Virus record (IMG/VR): IMGVR_UViG_2778261504_000019
Coordinates: 1 to 8,277 of that record
Strand: one strand, 5' to 3'
Length of the DNA stretch: 8,277 nt
DNA from: a virus
Lineage: Duplodnaviria > Heunggongvirae > Uroviricota > Caudoviricetes
In this document: positions 6,011-8,277 of the stretch, one piece after another
Numbering within the stretch: the first letter of the stretch is position 1
Layout: each line of letters begins with the position of its first letter
Made by a program: the position numbers and the translations under genes
The notes under the pieces: model-generated
Told to the model about the DNA's origin: nothing
Database searches by the model: none
The model's input: only the letters and a program-made list of their open reading frames with translations

Positions 6011-8277
6011 ATGGGTAAAGGCAGCAGTAAGGGGCATACCCCGCGCGAAGCGAAGGACAACCTGAAGTCCACGCAGCTACTGAGTGTGATTGATGCCATC
6101 AGCGAAGGGCCGATTGAAGGTCCGGTGGATGGATTAAAAAGCGTGCTGCTGAACAGTACGCCGGTGCTGGACAGTGAGGGGAATACCAACATCTCCGGCG
6201 TCACGGTGGTGTTCCGGGCAGGTGAGCAGGAGCAGACACCGCCGGAAGGTTTTGAATCCTCCGGTTCCGAGACGGTGCTGGGTACGGAAGTGAAATACGA
6301 CACGCCGATCACCCGGACCATCACGTCTGCAAACATCGACCGTCTGCGCTTTACCTTCGGTGTGCAGGCACTGGTGGAAACCACCTCAAAGGGTGACCGG
6401 AATCCGTCGGAAGTCCGCCTGCTGGTTCAGATACAACGTAACGGTGGCTGGGTGACGGAAAAAGACATCACCATTAAGGGTAAAACCACTTCACAGTATC
6501 TGGCCTCGGTGGTGGTGGATAACCTGCCGCCGCGCCCGTTCAGTATCCGGATGCGCAGGATGACGCCGGACAGCACCACAGACCAGCTGCAGAACAAAAC
6601 GCTCTGGTCGTCATACACCGAAATCATCGATGTGAAACAGTGCTACCCGAACACGGCACTGGTCGGCGTGCAGGTGGATTCGGAACAGTTCGGCAGCCAG
6701 CAGGTGAGCCGTAATTATCATCTTCGCGGGCGTATTCTGCAGGTGCCGTCGAATTATAACCCGCAGACGCGGCAATACAGCGGTATCTGGGACGGAACGT
6801 TTAAGCCGGCATACAGCAACAACATGGCCTGGTGTCTGTGGGATATGCTGACCCACCCGCGCTACGGCATGGGGAAACGTCTTGGTGCGGCGGATGTGGA
6901 TAAATGGGCGCTGTATGTCATCGGCCAGTACTGCGACCAGTTGGTGCCGGACGGCTTTGGCGGCACGGAGCCGCGCATCGCCTGTAATGCGTACCTGACC
7001 ACGCAGCGCAAGGCATGGGATGTGCTCAGTGATTTCTGCTCGGCGATGCGCTGTATGCCGGTATGGAACGGGCAGACGCTGACGTTCGTGCAGGACCGAC
7101 CGTCGGATAAGGTGTGGACCTATAACCGCAGTAATGTGGTGATGCCGGATGATGGCGCGCCGTTCCGCTACAGCTTCAGCGCCCTGAAGGACCGCCATAA
7201 TGCCGTTGAGGTGAACTGGACTGACCCGGACAACGGCTGGGAGACGGCGACAGAGCTTGTGGAGGATACGCAGGCCATTGCCCGTTACGGTCGTAACGTC
7301 ACGAAGATGGATGCCTTTGGCTGTACCAGTCGGGGGCAGGCACACCGCGCCGGGCTGTGGCTGATTAAAACGGAACTGCTGGAGACGCAGACCGTGGATT
7401 TCAGCGTGGGTGCTGAAGGGCTTCGCCATGTACCGGGCGATGTCATTGAAATCTGCGATGATGACTATGCCGGTATCAGCACCGGCGGGCGCGTGCTGGC
7501 GGTGAACAGCCAGACCCGGACGCTGACGCTCGACCGTGAAATCACGCTGCCATCCTCCGGTACCACGCTGATAAGCCTGGTTGACGGAAGTGGTAATCCG
7601 GTCAGCGTGGAGGTTCAGTCCGTCACCGACGGACTTAAGGTGAAAGTGAACCGGGTTCCTGACGGCGTTGCAGAATACAGTGTGTGGGGGCTGAAGCTGC
7701 CGACGCTGCGCCAGCGCCTGTTCCGCTGTGTGAGTATCCGTGAGAACGATGACGGCACGTATGCCATCACTGCCGTGCAGCATGTACCGGAAAAAGAAGC
7801 CATCGTGGATAACGGGGCGCACTTTGACGGCGACCAGAGCGGCACGGTGAATGGTGTCACGCCGCCAGCGGTGCAGCACCTGACTGCCGAAGTCACCGCA
7901 GACAGCGGGGAATATCAGGTGCTGGCGCGCTGGGACACGCCGAAGGTGGTGAAGGGCGTGAGCTTCCTGCTTCGCCTGACCGTGGCAGCGGATGACGGCA
8001 GTGAGCGGCTGGTCAGCACGGCCCGGACGACGGAAACCACATACCGCTTCACGCAACTGGCGCTGGGGCGGTACACGCTGACAGTCCGGGCGGTAAATGC
8101 GTGGGGACAGCAGGGCGATCCGGCGTCGGTATCGTTCCGGATTGCCGCACCGGTAGCACCGTCGCGGATTGAGCTGACACCGGGCTATTTTCAGATAACA
8201 GCGGTCCCGCGTCTTGCGGTGTATGACCCGACGGTACAGTTTGAGTTCTGGTTTTCGGAGACAAAAATCGCAGACAT
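6011..8277 (+). CDS. J: Phage host specificity protein J (central tail fibre / tail tip), N-terminal ~755 codons, 3'-truncated by the window end
   Basis: My own translation from ATG 6011 gives [54 protein letters not shown]..., which I recognise as the lambda gpJ N-terminus, and the frame stays open to the window end. It is absent from the ORF track, presumably because no stop codon falls within the window. SD GGAG 8 nt upstream. Confidence 0.93.
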   Translation, partial: MGKGSSKGHTPREAKDNLKSTQLLSVIDAISEGPIEGPVDGLKSVLLNSTPVLDSEGNTNISGVTVVFRAGEQEQTPPEGFESSGSETVLGTEVKYDTPITRTITSANIDRLRFTFGVQALVETTSKGDRNPSEVRLLVQIQRNGGWVTEKDITIKGKTTSQYLASVVVDNLPPRPFSIRMRRMTPDSTTDQLQNKTLWSSYTEIIDVKQCYPNTALVGVQVDSEQFGSQQVSRNYHLRGRILQVPSNYNPQTRQYSGIWDGTFKPAYSNNMAWCLWDMLTHPRYGMGKRLGAADVDKWALYVIGQYCDQLVPDGFGGTEPRIACNAYLTTQRKAWDVLSDFCSAMRCMPVWNGQTLTFVQDRPSDKVWTYNRSNVVMPDDGAPFRYSFSALKDRHNAVEVNWTDPDNGWETATELVEDTQAIARYGRNVTKMDAFGCTSRGQAHRAGLWLIKTELLETQTVDFSVGAEGLRHVPGDVIEICDDDYAGISTGGRVLAVNSQTRTLTLDREITLPSSGTTLISLVDGSGNPVSVEVQSVTDGLKVKVNRVPDGVAEYSVWGLKLPTLRQRLFRCVSIRENDDGTYAITAVQHVPEKEAIVDNGAHFDGDQSGTVNGVTPPAVQHLTAEVTADSGEYQVLARWDTPKVVKGVSFLLRLTVAADDGSERLVSTARTTETTYRFTQLALGRYTLTVRAVNAWGQQGDPASVSFRIAAPVAPSRIELTPGYFQITAVPRLAVYDPTVQFEFWFSETKIAD

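Noticed and set aside
6611-8056. A 481-aa ORF on the minus strand, the longest reverse-strand ORF in the track
   Set aside because: It lies entirely antisense to gpJ, whose + strand translation is an unmistakable lambda J homologue. The product is Arg/His/Pro-rich low-complexity sequence typical of the reverse frame of GC-rich coding DNA, and it has no credible start context.
8049-8264. A 71-aa minus-strand ORF at the right edge
   Set aside because: It is antisense to gpJ and has a Pro/Thr-rich low-complexity product.
1-8277. A search for CRISPR repeats, tRNA-like sequences, IS inverted repeats, integrase/att sites or defence-system genes
   Set aside because: I could see no repeat-spacer periodicity, no tRNA-like cloverleaf candidates, and no transposase- or defence-like ORFs; apart from the left-edge moron, the window is contiguous tail-structure coding sequence.

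Overview
This window is the tail-assembly module of a lambdoid (lambda-like, siphovirus-type) prophage, all on the + strand, preceded by one AT-rich accessory gene. Order: an AT-rich putative lipoprotein gene (5' end probably outside the window) followed by a strong intrinsic terminator; a 1079-aa tail tape measure protein; minor tail protein M; minor tail protein L; tail tip assembly protein K (MPN/JAMM plus NlpC/P60); tail assembly protein I; and the first ~755 codons of host-specificity protein J, which runs off the 3' end. L, K, I and J look nearly identical to phage lambda as far as I can recall, whereas the tape measure and M are clearly divergent homologues, so the module is mosaic. The one obviously accessory element is the low-GC lipoprotein gene at the left edge, which I read as a phage moron of unknown function. 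I see no tRNA, CRISPR array, IS element or recognisable defence system. The long minus-strand ORFs in the track are antisense artefacts of high-GC coding sequence.
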